A stretch of DNA of 20,000 nt from an uncultured virus (IMG/VR IMGVR_UViG_2824834302_000001) (Duplodnaviria > Heunggongvirae > Uroviricota > Caudoviricetes). Below are positions 1-9,275 of the stretch, one piece after another. The notes beneath the pieces are model-generated. The model was given only the letters and a program-made list of their open reading frames with translations. It was not told the DNA's origin and made no database searches. The stretch is from the IMG/VR virus record IMGVR_UViG_2824834302_000001; one strand, written 5' to 3'. Numbering within the stretch: position 1 is the stretch's first letter; each line of letters begins with the position of its first letter. The translations under genes were made by a program, and so were the position numbers.

Positions 1-1
1 G

Positions 2-1531
2 GTGCAGTTCGGCGAGAACGGCATGGAGAGCGTTGTTCTCCGCGTCAAGAGCATCGCGCCGCAGGCTGACCTGTCGGCCAAGTTGGAACTCGTCGACGAT
101 GCGCCGGCGATCTTGACGGCCGACACCGGAACCATCCCGCCTTTCCAGACGGGCACGCCGGCCTTGGTGGACTATCGCTCCTATGCGCCGACGGCATTGT
201 CTTCGGTGGAAAGCATTTGGACAACAGCGCCACCGACGTCGGCTCTGATGTTGTCTTGGGTCGCTCCAGAGATCGGCAAGGTTACGGAATACATCGTTCA
301 GTATGCCGTGAAGGGAACGACCAATTGGTCGAATGCCATCACTGTCGGCGCGCCCCAGGTGGAGCTGCGCGCACTCGATCCCGGCGCTTACAGCATTCGG
401 ATTCGGGCGATTTTCGCAAATGGTCAGTTGTCGGGATGGCTGAATGAGACTGTAGCTGCCGCCATCTTCGCAACCGCTCCAGCGGATGTAACGGGCTTTG
501 CTATTGCGGTGACTGGTGACTTGGCAACCCTAACGTGGGATGCGATCAGCGCCGATACGGGGATATCTCACTACGAGATCCGGTACTCGCCTGTGCCGTC
601 GGCATTGATAACATGGCAGTCCGCATCGATTTTGCGGTCGCAGGCCGCCGGATCGCAGGCGCAGGTAGCGCCGCTACGCGGCACATATCTGATCAAGGCG
701 GTCAGTTATTCGGGTCTTCAATCCGCAAATCCGGCGGTGATCGTCAGCACAATAGATGGCCTTACCAGTTTCAATGCCGTGGAGGCCGCTCAAGAGGTTG
801 CGCCGTTTGTTGGAACTAAAGACGGCACCTACTACAACGGTGTTGCTCTTATTCTTGATGTCGGCTCTGATGTCTTCGATCTGAATGACTTCTTCGAGGT
901 TGATGATTTCTTCCTGCCGGAAGATAAATTTCTGCCATCAGGATACTACTACTTCGTCGATACGGTTGACCTGGGCGATATCTATACATCGCGCATTTCA
1001 GCCGAGATCGACGCGCATGGCGAGTCTTTCAGCGATGACTTCTTCGCGCTGACAGATGCATTCGACCCTGAAGACTTCTTCGGCGATGTCGGCAGCTCTT
1101 GGAATGTGTCTCTCGAAATCTCGGTGACCGATGACGATCCGGGCGGGACACCAGTTTGGTCCGACTGGGCAACGCTGGTCACCGGCGATGTTTCGGCGCG
1201 CGGCTTCCGCTTTCGAGCTCTCCTCGAGAGCAGTCAGAACGATGTCTCGCCGGTTGTAGATGGGCTGACGGTCACGATCGACATGCCGGACAGGGTGATC
1301 GCCGGAAACGATCTGGTGATCGGCACTGGCGGCGTCGCGATAGCGTTCAATCCAGCCTTCAAGCATCTGCAGGGTGTCTCGATCGCCGCTCAGGGCCTGG
1401 CCACCGGCGACTACTACGAAATCACCAGCAAAAACGAAACGGGCTTCACCATCATATTCAAGAATGCAGCCGGCGCCGCAATCTCGCGAACGCTCGACTA
1501 CGTCGCAAAAGGATACGGGACTCTACAATGA
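2..1531 (+). CDS. Phage tail tip / host-specificity (J-like) protein, 5'-truncated by window edge
   Basis: 509+ aa open frame; two fibronectin-III-like repeats (LSWVAP..EYIVQY; LTWDA..HYEIRY..GTYLIKAV) and C-terminal IDMPDRV...GFTIIF...DYVAKGYG typical of alphaproteobacterial phage tail tips; TGA overlaps next ATG (ATGA 1528-1531). Confidence 0.8.
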   Translation: MQFGENGMESVVLRVKSIAPQADLSAKLELVDDAPAILTADTGTIPPFQTGTPALVDYRSYAPTALSSVESIWTTAPPTSALMLSWVAPEIGKVTEYIVQYAVKGTTNWSNAITVGAPQVELRALDPGAYSIRIRAIFANGQLSGWLNETVAAAIFATAPADVTGFAIAVTGDLATLTWDAISADTGISHYEIRYSPVPSALITWQSASILRSQAAGSQAQVAPLRGTYLIKAVSYSGLQSANPAVIVSTIDGLTSFNAVEAAQEVAPFVGTKDGTYYNGVALILDVGSDVFDLNDFFEVDDFFLPEDKFLPSGYYYFVDTVDLGDIYTSRISAEIDAHGESFSDDFFALTDAFDPEDFFGDVGSSWNVSLEISVTDDDPGGTPVWSDWATLVTGDVSARGFRFRALLESSQNDVSPVVDGLTVTIDMPDRVIAGNDLVIGTGGVAIAFNPAFKHLQGVSIAAQGLATGDYYEITSKNETGFTIIFKNAAGAAISRTLDYVAKGYGTLQ

Positions 1532-2403
1532 GCCAAGCAACATCTTGGTCGGTGCCGCTCAGCGGCCCGGCGACGCCAACCACGATGGCGACCAGAATCG
1601 ATGACAGCATGGATGCGCTTCTGTCGGCGCACTCTGGATCTGCTCGCCCAGCTTATGCTGTGGCGGGCACGATCTGGATTTCGACCGCCACGGCAGGGAA
1701 ACTGAAAAAGTATCTTTACGACGGCACGAATGATCGCCTTCTTGAGACGATCGATATTGCGACCGGCGACATCACGCGACCTGGCGCCATTATGAGCGGA
1801 GTCATTCAAGATCTGTCTTTTGCTCCCTCGGCGGCGCCCACAAAGATAGCGCACTTCGACAATACCGCCATCACGGCAGGGCAAAACAGAGCGATCAGCA
1901 TTCCGGATCGCAACATTACATTGGGAATGACGGTAGCTTCAAAAGTTACGCTTCCCTCTGCCGCATCCGTCGACTTTACAGGCATTCCATCTGGCGTTCG
2001 TCGGGTGTCCATAGATCTGGACGCCATCAGCACGAATGGCACGGCAGGGATAGTGATCCAGCTTGGGACGAGCTCCGGGGTGGAGACAACCGGCTACACT
2101 GGCGGGTTTGCAAACACGAGCGCCTCGGGCACGGGCGCGCAAGCAGGTCCGACATCCAGTCTGGAGTTGGGCATTCCGGGTGCTGCGTCGGATCTTATTA
2201 CTGGCAGGATCACTCTCGAGCTTATCGACGCAACGAATAATAAGTGGTTAGCCACGGGGCATGCCGCTGCTCCCGCCGCGTCGCGCTTTCATATCATGGC
2301 GGGTGCGAAGGCGCTTGCCGCCGTTCTCGATCGCATCCGCCTGACAACGACCGGCAGCGACACATTCGACGCCGGCTCTGCCACCATCACATGGGAATTT
2401 TGA
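1528..2403 (+). CDS. Phage tail fibre / receptor-binding protein (291 aa)
   Basis: Start reassigned to ATG 1528 (ATGA coupling); N-terminal DALLSAHSGSARPAYAVAGTIW anchor-type motif; Thr/Ala/Gly-rich; C-terminal SVDFTGIPS...LDRIRLT...FDAG domain; followed by chaperone-like gene. Confidence 0.75.
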   Translation: MSQATSWSVPLSGPATPTTMATRIDDSMDALLSAHSGSARPAYAVAGTIWISTATAGKLKKYLYDGTNDRLLETIDIATGDITRPGAIMSGVIQDLSFAPSAAPTKIAHFDNTAITAGQNRAISIPDRNITLGMTVASKVTLPSAASVDFTGIPSGVRRVSIDLDAISTNGTAGIVIQLGTSSGVETTGYTGGFANTSASGTGAQAGPTSSLELGIPGAASDLITGRITLELIDATNNKWLATGHAAAPAASRFHIMAGAKALAAVLDRIRLTTTGSDTFDAGSATITWEF

Positions 2404-2404
2404 T

Positions 2405-2752
2405 ATGGCTCAACGCGCAGAGATAGACTTGCAGACGGGCGAGATGGTTCTTGTCGCCTGGACACCGCCAGAACCTGTTCCGCCGACCGTGGTCGACTAT
2501 CAGACCGCGATCCAGGGCCTCGTCGATGAGACTGCGCGATCCAAGCAGTTCAATGACGGCGTGACGCTGGCAAGCTACAAGGACAGCACCAACCCGCTGT
2601 GGGCCGCGCAAGCCGTTGCGTTCATCGCGTGGAGAGATCAGGTTTGGTCCTACAGCTATGCTGAGTTCGAAAAGGTGCAGTCGGGAGAACGGTCACAGCC
2701 GTCTGTCGCTGGTTTCCTGGCCGAACTTGAGGTCATTACTTGGCCGGCTTGA
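2405..2752 (+). CDS. Putative tail fibre assembly chaperone (115 aa)
   Basis: 1 nt after fibre stop; motif AIQGLVDETAR..F...LASY..S....A.AF.AWRDQVW...L....WP typical of proteins downstream of tail fibres. Confidence 0.7.
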   Translation: MAQRAEIDLQTGEMVLVAWTPPEPVPPTVVDYQTAIQGLVDETARSKQFNDGVTLASYKDSTNPLWAAQAVAFIAWRDQVWSYSYAEFEKVQSGERSQPSVAGFLAELEVITWPA

Positions 2753-3786
2753 ACCTCAGATCGATCGCTGTCGCGGAAAAATCGTTGCAGGGAACGCATG
2801 GGCTGCTCGTAAAAATCATGAACGAGCTTTGCGAGCAGCACTGTGATCGGAGCGGATAAGACTGCCACCCACAGGATCGGTGCCGACGGCATGGCTGATT
2901 TCACAATCCCGAAAACGGGATAGTGCAGCAAGTACAGTGCAAAACTGATCTCACCGAGAAACGTGGCCAAGCGAGCGGCGACGCCGTCAAGGCGGGTGTT
3001 CGCGGCGACCCAGACGATTAACAGCGACGCCGCGATCATCACTAGCGAGATTGGTCCGCTGAGAAGTTGCTCTCGAGACGTCCCCAGGATCAGCGGCGCG
3101 AGAAACGTCACCAGCATCAATCCGACGATGCTCGCCGCTCTTACCCATTGTGTGCCTGGCACGGCCAGAGATGGCTGGAACGCCTTCGCCATGAAGATCC
3201 CGCCGACAAAGTACAAAATGAAGGTGACCGGCTGCGTATAGTAGAGCCAATTGTTCTCGCGCATTGGGCTGATGTTAAAAGTTGCGCCGACATAAAATCG
3301 GCTGATCACAAGCAGGACAAGAAACAGGACGGCAGTCGAGAGGGCCGACCTGAAAATCAGCAGAAACGGGAACATCAAGTAGAATACGGCCTCAATCCCC
3401 ACGCTCCAGCCGCCAGAGACAATTGACATGTATCCGGGGAAAGTAAGGCCAGATAGCAATGTGGTGTTCAGCAGCCCATTCACGATGTTTGTGTCGGAAG
3501 GCCCGGCAGTGAACGTGCAGTACAGAGTGACAGCAGCGTAAAGCGGCACGATCCGAAATATTCGGGCCAGGTAAAAGCTTCGCGTGTCCATGTTCGACGA
3601 TCCGTCTGTTCCATACATGTAGTAAAGCGCGAACCCCGACAGGATGAAGAAAATATAGACGCCGTATGTCCCTGCGGCGTTCTGCGGCCCCAAGCCCATT
3701 TCCCATGTGTAATGGCAGAGCATGATGGTGATCGCGCAAAGGCCGCGAACTGCATCAAGTCCCAATAGGCGACCTTTCGAAAGCAA
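2656..3786 (-). CDS. Acyltransferase family 3 (OafA/Oac-like O-acyltransferase), prophage moron
   Basis: GLDAVRGL, GVYIFFILSGF, FYLARIFRIVPLY, WSVGIEAVFY, LGEISFALYLLH, EQP motifs; ~10 hydrophobic segments; likely TTG start at 3786 preceded by GAGG (frame open to 3852). Confidence 0.9.
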   Translation of the reverse strand: MLSKGRLLGLDAVRGLCAITIMLCHYTWEMGLGPQNAAGTYGVYIFFILSGFALYYMYGTDGSSNMDTRSFYLARIFRIVPLYAAVTLYCTFTAGPSDTNIVNGLLNTTLLSGLTFPGYMSIVSGGWSVGIEAVFYLMFPFLLIFRSALSTAVLFLVLLVISRFYVGATFNISPMRENNWLYYTQPVTFILYFVGGIFMAKAFQPSLAVPGTQWVRAASIVGLMLVTFLAPLILGTSREQLLSGPISLVMIAASLLIVWVAANTRLDGVAARLATFLGEISFALYLLHYPVFGIVKSAMPSAPILWVAVLSAPITVLLAKLVHDFYEQPMRSLQRFFRDSDRSEVQAGQVMTSSSARKPATDGCDRSPDCTFSNSA

Positions 3787-3874
3787 GGTTGCATCCTCTG
3801 CGTTTGGTGGCTGAAGGGCTGAATATCTAGCATTGCGCCTCTCTCCAAGCAATGAACAACATCAGGAGTCCCTA

Positions 3875-4129
3875 ATGCTCGTCCACAACTGGCGCGAGGT
3901 GCTGAAGCGTGCCTGGTCGGTGCGGTTGATGGCCCTGTCGCTGCTGCTCATCATCCTTGAGCCTATCTATAATTTCGTCGCAGCGACCTGGGTATCGCAC
4001 AACATCTACATCCAACTCGGCATGCAGATGGTGACCGGCCTTCTTGCCGCGGCGGCGATCGTCGCCCGCATCTTTTTTCAGCGAAAAATATCAGGAGACC
4101 TCAATGGCAAACCGCCTGCAGAAGGGTAG
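3875..4129 (+). CDS. Putative holin (84 aa, two TM segments)
   Basis: CAGGAG RBS, ATG 3875; NWREVLKRAWSVRL N-terminus and ARIFFQ C-terminus; immediately upstream of lysozyme. Confidence 0.75.
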   Translation: MLVHNWREVLKRAWSVRLMALSLLLIILEPIYNFVAATWVSHNIYIQLGMQMVTGLLAAAAIVARIFFQRKISGDLNGKPPAEG

Positions 4130-4568
4130 TGCCGCTGCGGCCATGGCCGTGGCGCTCGTCGGATCGTTCGAGGGCTTGCGGCAGAACGCCTATCCCGATC
4201 CGGCCACTCAAGGCCAGCCGTGGACGATCTGCTACGGCAGCACCAACGGCGTGAAGCCGGGTGACCGCAAGAGCGTCGAGCAGTGCAAGGCGCTGCTCTC
4301 GCTCGAACTTCAGGCTTATGCTGCCGGCATTGACGGTTGCGTGAAGGTCCCGCTGCCGGATCCTCGTTTCGTGGCGCTCACGTCGTTTGCCTACAATGTC
4401 GGCATCAAGGCTGCCTGCGGCTCGAGCGCAGTAAAGCTCATCAACCAGGGCAAGACGGCCGAGGGCTGCGAGGCGCTTCTGAAGTGGAACCGCGCCGCCG
4501 GGATTGTCTTTCCCGGCCTCACCCGGCGCCGGCAGAAGGAACGTCAGTTCTGTCTCGAGGGGATCTGA
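4104..4568 (+). CDS. Phage lysozyme/endolysin (GH24), probable SAR type (154 aa)
   Basis: AGGAG RBS, ATG 4104; FEG-x7-D...WTICYG catalytic region, SFAYNVG, GLTRRRQKE; N-terminal basic + Ala-rich weakly hydrophobic segment just before catalytic Glu. Confidence 0.92.
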   Translation: MANRLQKGSAAAAMAVALVGSFEGLRQNAYPDPATQGQPWTICYGSTNGVKPGDRKSVEQCKALLSLELQAYAAGIDGCVKVPLPDPRFVALTSFAYNVGIKAACGSSAVKLINQGKTAEGCEALLKWNRAAGIVFPGLTRRRQKERQFCLEGI

Positions 4569-4927
4569 TGTTTGGCCTTTCCAAGCCCGTCGTCGCCGGC
4601 CTCGCCGCGCTGCTCATGGTGCTGGCACTGGCGGCCATCGTGCTGCTCGGCGTCCGGGAGATCCGCTCCATGGTCGACGAGGCGGCGGTGCGCGGCAAGG
4701 CGCTCTCCGACGCGGAATGGAGTGCAAAGGTCGAAAAGGCCAATGCCGAGGCGAATAGGCGGATTGCCGACCAGGCGAGTGCCGTCGTCGAGATCCAGGC
4801 GGCGGCGACCGATCGCGTCAATGCCGCTTCCCAGCAGCTCGAGGAATTGAGGAAGAGAAATGCGGCCCTCCCTGATGGCAATGCTACTGGCCTTTCCCGC
4901 GATCGCGTCCGGATGCTCCCTGACTGA
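4568..4927 (+). CDS. Rz-like inner-membrane spanin (119 aa)
   Basis: TGATG coupling to lysozyme; N-terminal TM then Ala/Glu-rich coiled coil; overlapped at 3' end by lipoprotein ORF. Confidence 0.8.
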   Translation: MFGLSKPVVAGLAALLMVLALAAIVLLGVREIRSMVDEAAVRGKALSDAEWSAKVEKANAEANRRIADQASAVVEIQAAATDRVNAASQQLEELRKRNAALPDGNATGLSRDRVRMLPD

Positions 4928-5135
4928 CAGGCCGGAACCCGTCGTCATTACCCGGACTGTCAAGCCGATCCTGCCGCCCGAATGCCGTAAGGAGACGCCG
5001 CCGCTTTCGCCGAAACCTGACCGGGGCATGTCGCAGCAGGAGATCTTCGACAATTGGTCGGCCGACCGCACGGCGCGAAACATCGGCGAAGAGCGCCGCA
5101 AGGCATGCGTGACCGCGGTCGACGCGACGAAGTGA
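4860..5135 (+). CDS. Rz1-like outer-membrane spanin lipoprotein (91 aa)
   Basis: Signal peptide ending in lipobox IASG-C; Pro-rich; overlaps Rz 3' end by 68 nt in another frame. Confidence 0.8.
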   Translation: MRPSLMAMLLAFPAIASGCSLTDRPEPVVITRTVKPILPPECRKETPPLSPKPDRGMSQQEIFDNWSADRTARNIGEERRKACVTAVDATK

Positions 5136-5219
5136 AATCAAACATCTGACGCGCAGTCCTGCGCCGCCAGCCCGGCGGCGATCGAAACTTCATCCTGTCA
5201 CTCACGAAAGGAAATGACC

Positions 5220-5552
5220 ATGGCACTTTCAGGGCTTCATGTCGCTTGGGGTTATGCCGGCGGCGACGGCTACAACAGCGCGAAGCAGGCGATCTTCATC
5301 GACGGCCAGCGCAGCGAGACGCTGGCGTCCGCCGGCTCGACGACGCAGGGTGCGCAGGGTGGCGGCCATCGTCGACCGATGGCGCGCGTCCGCGCCTCGG
5401 CTGACTCCTGGGTGGCCTTCGGCAAATCGCCGGATGCCTCGCAGGCGGTCGGCTCGACGCCCGACACGACCAGGTTCTATGTGCCGGCAGATGGTGACGA
5501 TCATGATTTCTATGTCAACGCCGGCGACAAGATCGCCTGGGTCGCCGCATAA
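5220..5552 (+). CDS. Small phage protein, probable virion decoration/spike-base (110 aa)
   Basis: AAAGGAAA RBS; RVRASADSWVAFGKSPDA...YVPA...DFYVNAGDKIAWV beta-rich motif seen in small phage proteins; TAATG coupling to next gene. Confidence 0.6.
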   Translation: MALSGLHVAWGYAGGDGYNSAKQAIFIDGQRSETLASAGSTTQGAQGGGHRRPMARVRASADSWVAFGKSPDASQAVGSTPDTTRFYVPADGDDHDFYVNAGDKIAWVAA

Positions 5553-8110
5553 TGGGCGGCCTCGCGAAATCGGTGCGGCTTCGTCGTTCGTTGGCGAAGC
5601 TGCCAGGGCTGGCTGGCGGCACCCCGTCACAGGGCGGTGGTGGCTCTCCATCTCTTCCGACCTTCGTTTTTCAGGCGGAGACGGATGCACTCAACGCCGC
5701 AAAGACGGCAGCCGGCATACCGATGTCCTATGCGCAGAAGCTGGCCTTCGACGAGGTCATCACGCGCATCAAGGGCGTCGGCGTCAGTATGTCGAACGCA
5801 AAGGGGCTGTACACCCCGGATACGCCGACAGAGATCAACTCGCGCGTCAACAAGTTCCACCCAGGAACGAACGATCTGACCCTGACGGGTGCGGGTACGC
5901 CGACATACACCGCGAACGACAGATGGGGTGGCTGGTCGTCGACCACGAAATACAACACCGGCATCGGCCTCCAGTCCTTCGCCCAAGGCCAGTTCACGAT
6001 CTTCTACTACAGCCGGACAGCAACCGGGGCCGCCAGCGGCGACTTCGGGGCGCAGACGGCAGGCGGCGACGGCATCGGGGCGAACATCCGAGATGCCAGC
6101 AACAAGTTCAACGCCCGCCTGCAGGCGGCAAATTATGCCTCAGCGGCAACTAATATAACCCCTGGCCAGGGCATGTATAGCATTCGGCCCAACAAGCTCG
6201 ATACCTTCGGCATCACGCGCGAGGCGCCCAGCGTCACCTATGTCGCCCCTGCCACCAACCCGACAATCCATCTTGGTGGCATCAATGGCGGCGCGGTATC
6301 GGCCCACGACTGTGGCCTCTTCGCCATCTTCGATATCACCTTGAGTGATGCGCAGTGCATGGAGATCAGCGCCGCGCTGCTGGACTACTATCTGAAAATC
6401 CGCTTCGGCATGGTCAGATACTATCAGGCCGGCAAGGCGCCCACGACAGTCAACTGCGACGTCTTGGTTTATGGCGCAGACCCGGCGGCAATTGCTTCGG
6501 CAAGGGCGGCCAAGGAAGAAGGCAAGGACGCCATTCTCGTTCTTGACTCACTTGCTAAAACCGAATGGGATATCGGCGGCATGCCCACGAACGGGCTGGC
6601 TTATATCGATAGCTATGCGTTCACTGCCTGCAAAGGGTTCTATCGCGACCTCACATCGTGGGTGAACAGCACCATCATCAATCGTGCGGATAGCAACACG
6701 CAAACCGGAAACTCCGTCGAGTGCTGGCAGTTTGTCCAGGGCATCAGGCGCTGCCTTGACCCGACGCGAACGAACGGAACGCTGATCCTTGGGATGGATA
6801 TCCCCGTCTACTTCTCGACGGGTATCGCCTCCATCACGGCGAATGGAACCAAGGATACGGCGGTCGTCACGAACGACGGACGAACGTTTACCGCCAAGGA
6901 GTTCATCGCGGCCGACTACGACGGCGAGTATATCCATATGTCGCCGGGCATCCCGACAATTACGGGCAGCGAGGCGGCGGGGTCTGGTTCCGAAGCGAAC
7001 AACGGCTACAAAGGCTCCAGCGCCCTCAGCAAGCCCTATGGTTCGGACATCAGCCCGTACATTGTAGACGGCAATCCGGCCTCCGGTCTGCTGCCGGATA
7101 TCCAGGGCGAAATGCCACTTCCCGGCTTGACCGTCGATGGCCCCGATCCATCCATCCAGAGCATGAACTACCGCTTGGCGATGACGAACGATCCGGCGCG
7201 CAGAGTGCCCGTCACCACGATCGACCCGCATCGCAACTACAACGCGCTCCGCTACGAGACAGCGGCGCGCGCCTACGTCCTAAATCCGAGCGTCACGATC
7301 GGCAACCCTGCCAACACGCAGACCATCCTGCAGTTCGCTGTTGGCGGCACGACCGACAAGATGGACGTGAACAATGGTTCTGGCGGCCTATCCACCGACT
7401 TGCCCGGCAGCGGCTACCGGTACGCCACCGCAGCGAATGCGGCAGCGCGACAGGCAGTCATCGACGATCTCCGCGATTATCAGCTCGGCTGGTTCTGGTG
7501 GCATTCCAACTCCGCCGATATCCGTATTCCATCCACGTTGGTCACGCAGTTCCAAGCGTTCGGCCTGGACGCCCATAATTTCCTGAACCCCGGTCCCACA
7601 GGTCTGCTGTTCTGGCCGAACCGGCCCTATCAGCGTGATCCGATCTGGAGGCTCAAGAACACCGGCTACGTCTCCACGGCGCAGGACTACTGCAAGACGG
7701 ACGGCTCCGCGCTCAGAGACGACAGGACGGTGGCCGTCACTTCGTATGACTGTGATAAGCACCCGCCATGGAAAGTCGTCTCTGGTGGGTTGCTCTATAC
7801 ACAGGGTGCCGTTCCGGGCGGCCTTGTGGCCGGTGCGGATAAGATTGCCCCCATCCCCCTGGCGGCAATCGTTCCGGACGCCTCGGTCAAGACGAATGTC
7901 ATCGTCCCATGGGCTTCCTCGTCGACTGCCCTTTGCTGGTATATGGAGCGCCTGGAGTTGACCGGGGCCCTGAAGGGCACCGCCGCTGGGTATATGGCGT
8001 CCATGGCGATCGACGGGAATATCAACGTCCAGGATGTCGACTACCCGACATTGCGGGCGAAGATCCTGGCAAGTTACGTCAACCACCCGATCTTGCCGCA
8101 GGTGGCTTGA
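5552..8110 (+). CDS. 852-aa fusion: virion-protein-like/beta-sandwich N-terminus + FAD-dependent oxidoreductase-like (PF12831-type) domain
   Basis: Long ORF; from ~aa 303: DVLVYG..A..SARAA.EEG, IGGMPTNGL, AKEFIAADYDGE, IQSMNYRLAMT, KMDVNN, STDLPG, SYDCDKH, IP..AIVP, G.AAG..A.MAI, VQDVDYPTLR in the family's order. Confidence 0.75.
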   Translation: MGGLAKSVRLRRSLAKLPGLAGGTPSQGGGGSPSLPTFVFQAETDALNAAKTAAGIPMSYAQKLAFDEVITRIKGVGVSMSNAKGLYTPDTPTEINSRVNKFHPGTNDLTLTGAGTPTYTANDRWGGWSSTTKYNTGIGLQSFAQGQFTIFYYSRTATGAASGDFGAQTAGGDGIGANIRDASNKFNARLQAANYASAATNITPGQGMYSIRPNKLDTFGITREAPSVTYVAPATNPTIHLGGINGGAVSAHDCGLFAIFDITLSDAQCMEISAALLDYYLKIRFGMVRYYQAGKAPTTVNCDVLVYGADPAAIASARAAKEEGKDAILVLDSLAKTEWDIGGMPTNGLAYIDSYAFTACKGFYRDLTSWVNSTIINRADSNTQTGNSVECWQFVQGIRRCLDPTRTNGTLILGMDIPVYFSTGIASITANGTKDTAVVTNDGRTFTAKEFIAADYDGEYIHMSPGIPTITGSEAAGSGSEANNGYKGSSALSKPYGSDISPYIVDGNPASGLLPDIQGEMPLPGLTVDGPDPSIQSMNYRLAMTNDPARRVPVTTIDPHRNYNALRYETAARAYVLNPSVTIGNPANTQTILQFAVGGTTDKMDVNNGSGGLSTDLPGSGYRYATAANAAARQAVIDDLRDYQLGWFWWHSNSADIRIPSTLVTQFQAFGLDAHNFLNPGPTGLLFWPNRPYQRDPIWRLKNTGYVSTAQDYCKTDGSALRDDRTVAVTSYDCDKHPPWKVVSGGLLYTQGAVPGGLVAGADKIAPIPLAAIVPDASVKTNVIVPWASSSTALCWYMERLELTGALKGTAAGYMASMAIDGNINVQDVDYPTLRAKILASYVNHPILPQVA

Positions 8111-8241
8111 TCAACCAAGCGACCGGCCGACCCGCTGCGAACGGGGCGACCGGTTTCTCGCATCCCTCGGACACCGAGTCCCTATTATCAAGTGATGGGA
8201 TGGAGCAATCGTGCCCGACGAACCTTCCGACTAGGGTTAAG

Positions 8242-8697
8242 ATGACATCACCAACCTATATTGGGCCGGGTATCTGGATACGCATCCAGCATCGCTTCGG
8301 CCCGCGCATGATGGAGTGGTTCATGGCCTTTCATACGGCCATGTGGGGCTTCGTCCTGCTGCTGCCCGGAAATTCATTCGAGCAGCCAGCCTGGATCGGG
8401 TTCCGTGCCGTGTTTCAGAACGACGACACGCTCGGATGGGGCATGGTCCTTATGGGAGCGCTTCGCATCGTTGGCTTAATCGTCAACGGGGCTAGAAAGA
8501 ATGTTACGCCAGTCATCCGGCAGGCGTCCGCAGGCATTGGCTGCCTTATCTGGGTAGGCATATCGTATTGCTACGCATCCTCCAATGTCATGAGCACATG
8601 GCTTGCCATCTATCCACTTTTCGCAATTGGCGAGCTTGTCAATATTCATCGCGCTGCTCATGACCAGGGGGAAATACGGAATGGAAAAACTCGCTGA
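8242..8697 (+). CDS. Phage membrane protein, ~4 TM (151 aa)
   Basis: Four hydrophobic segments; RMMEW and GLIVNG..R motifs; start at ATG 8242 chosen (ATG 8200 possible). Confidence 0.65.
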   Translation: MTSPTYIGPGIWIRIQHRFGPRMMEWFMAFHTAMWGFVLLLPGNSFEQPAWIGFRAVFQNDDTLGWGMVLMGALRIVGLIVNGARKNVTPVIRQASAGIGCLIWVGISYCYASSNVMSTWLAIYPLFAIGELVNIHRAAHDQGEIRNGKTR

Positions 8698-9010
8698 CCT
8701 CCCGACGCCGGCGCTCATCGTTTTCGGTGCCACCCTCGCCGTCATCTTCGCGGCTCGATACTTCGGCCTGATGAATGGCGAGCGCACTGGTCCGGTCAAC
8801 AGCCCGGCCGCAGCGCAAGTCGCGACGATCATTGTCGATCCTACTGCGCTCAATCGACTGACGGATCAAGCGTTCCGGCTGAACGAAAATCTCGAAGATA
8901 TGACGGCGATCGCGAAAGAGCGGGTGCGCGTTGATGGGCTCATGGCCACCGAACTTGATCGCATTCGTGAGGAGCTGCGCATCCAGCGGGAACTGGCGAG
9001 GCGCAGCTGA
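8681..9010 (+). CDS. Phage membrane protein, N-terminal TM + coiled coil (109 aa)
   Basis: ATG 8681 after GGGGGAAA; overlaps previous gene by 17 nt; TM then heptad-like C-terminus. Confidence 0.65.
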   Translation: MEKLADLPTPALIVFGATLAVIFAARYFGLMNGERTGPVNSPAAAQVATIIVDPTALNRLTDQAFRLNENLEDMTAIAKERVRVDGLMATELDRIREELRIQRELARRS

Positions 9011-9014
9011 GGCT

Positions 9015-9275
9015 TCAACTTTGGCTGTCTCGCATGGCATTCCAGGCCGAGGCGGCCCGCCAGGCCTGATGTTCGCATTGGTTGCCGCCTTCGCGAAAAA
9101 ACGGCGCCGTCTTCACGGTGACTTTCCTCTTGCATTTCGGACAGGATACGACCGAGGTCGGCCCATAGGCGACGTCTGGCTCGACACCGTGGCATCGGTT
9201 GAGGTGCGGCGTGGCGTCGTCAATCGAAAGCGGAAGCATGTGCCGGACGAAGTTTATATCGGAAGTCCGTGCCAT
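9015..9275 (-). CDS. Small putative Zn-binding protein, weakly Lar-like
   Basis: RCH...CPKC...AASAWNAMR pattern; start uncertain (9275 or 9239). Confidence 0.45.
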   Translation of the reverse strand: MARTSDINFVRHMLPLSIDDATPHLNRCHGVEPDVAYGPTSVVSCPKCKRKVTVKTAPFFREGGNQCEHQAWRAASAWNAMRDSQS

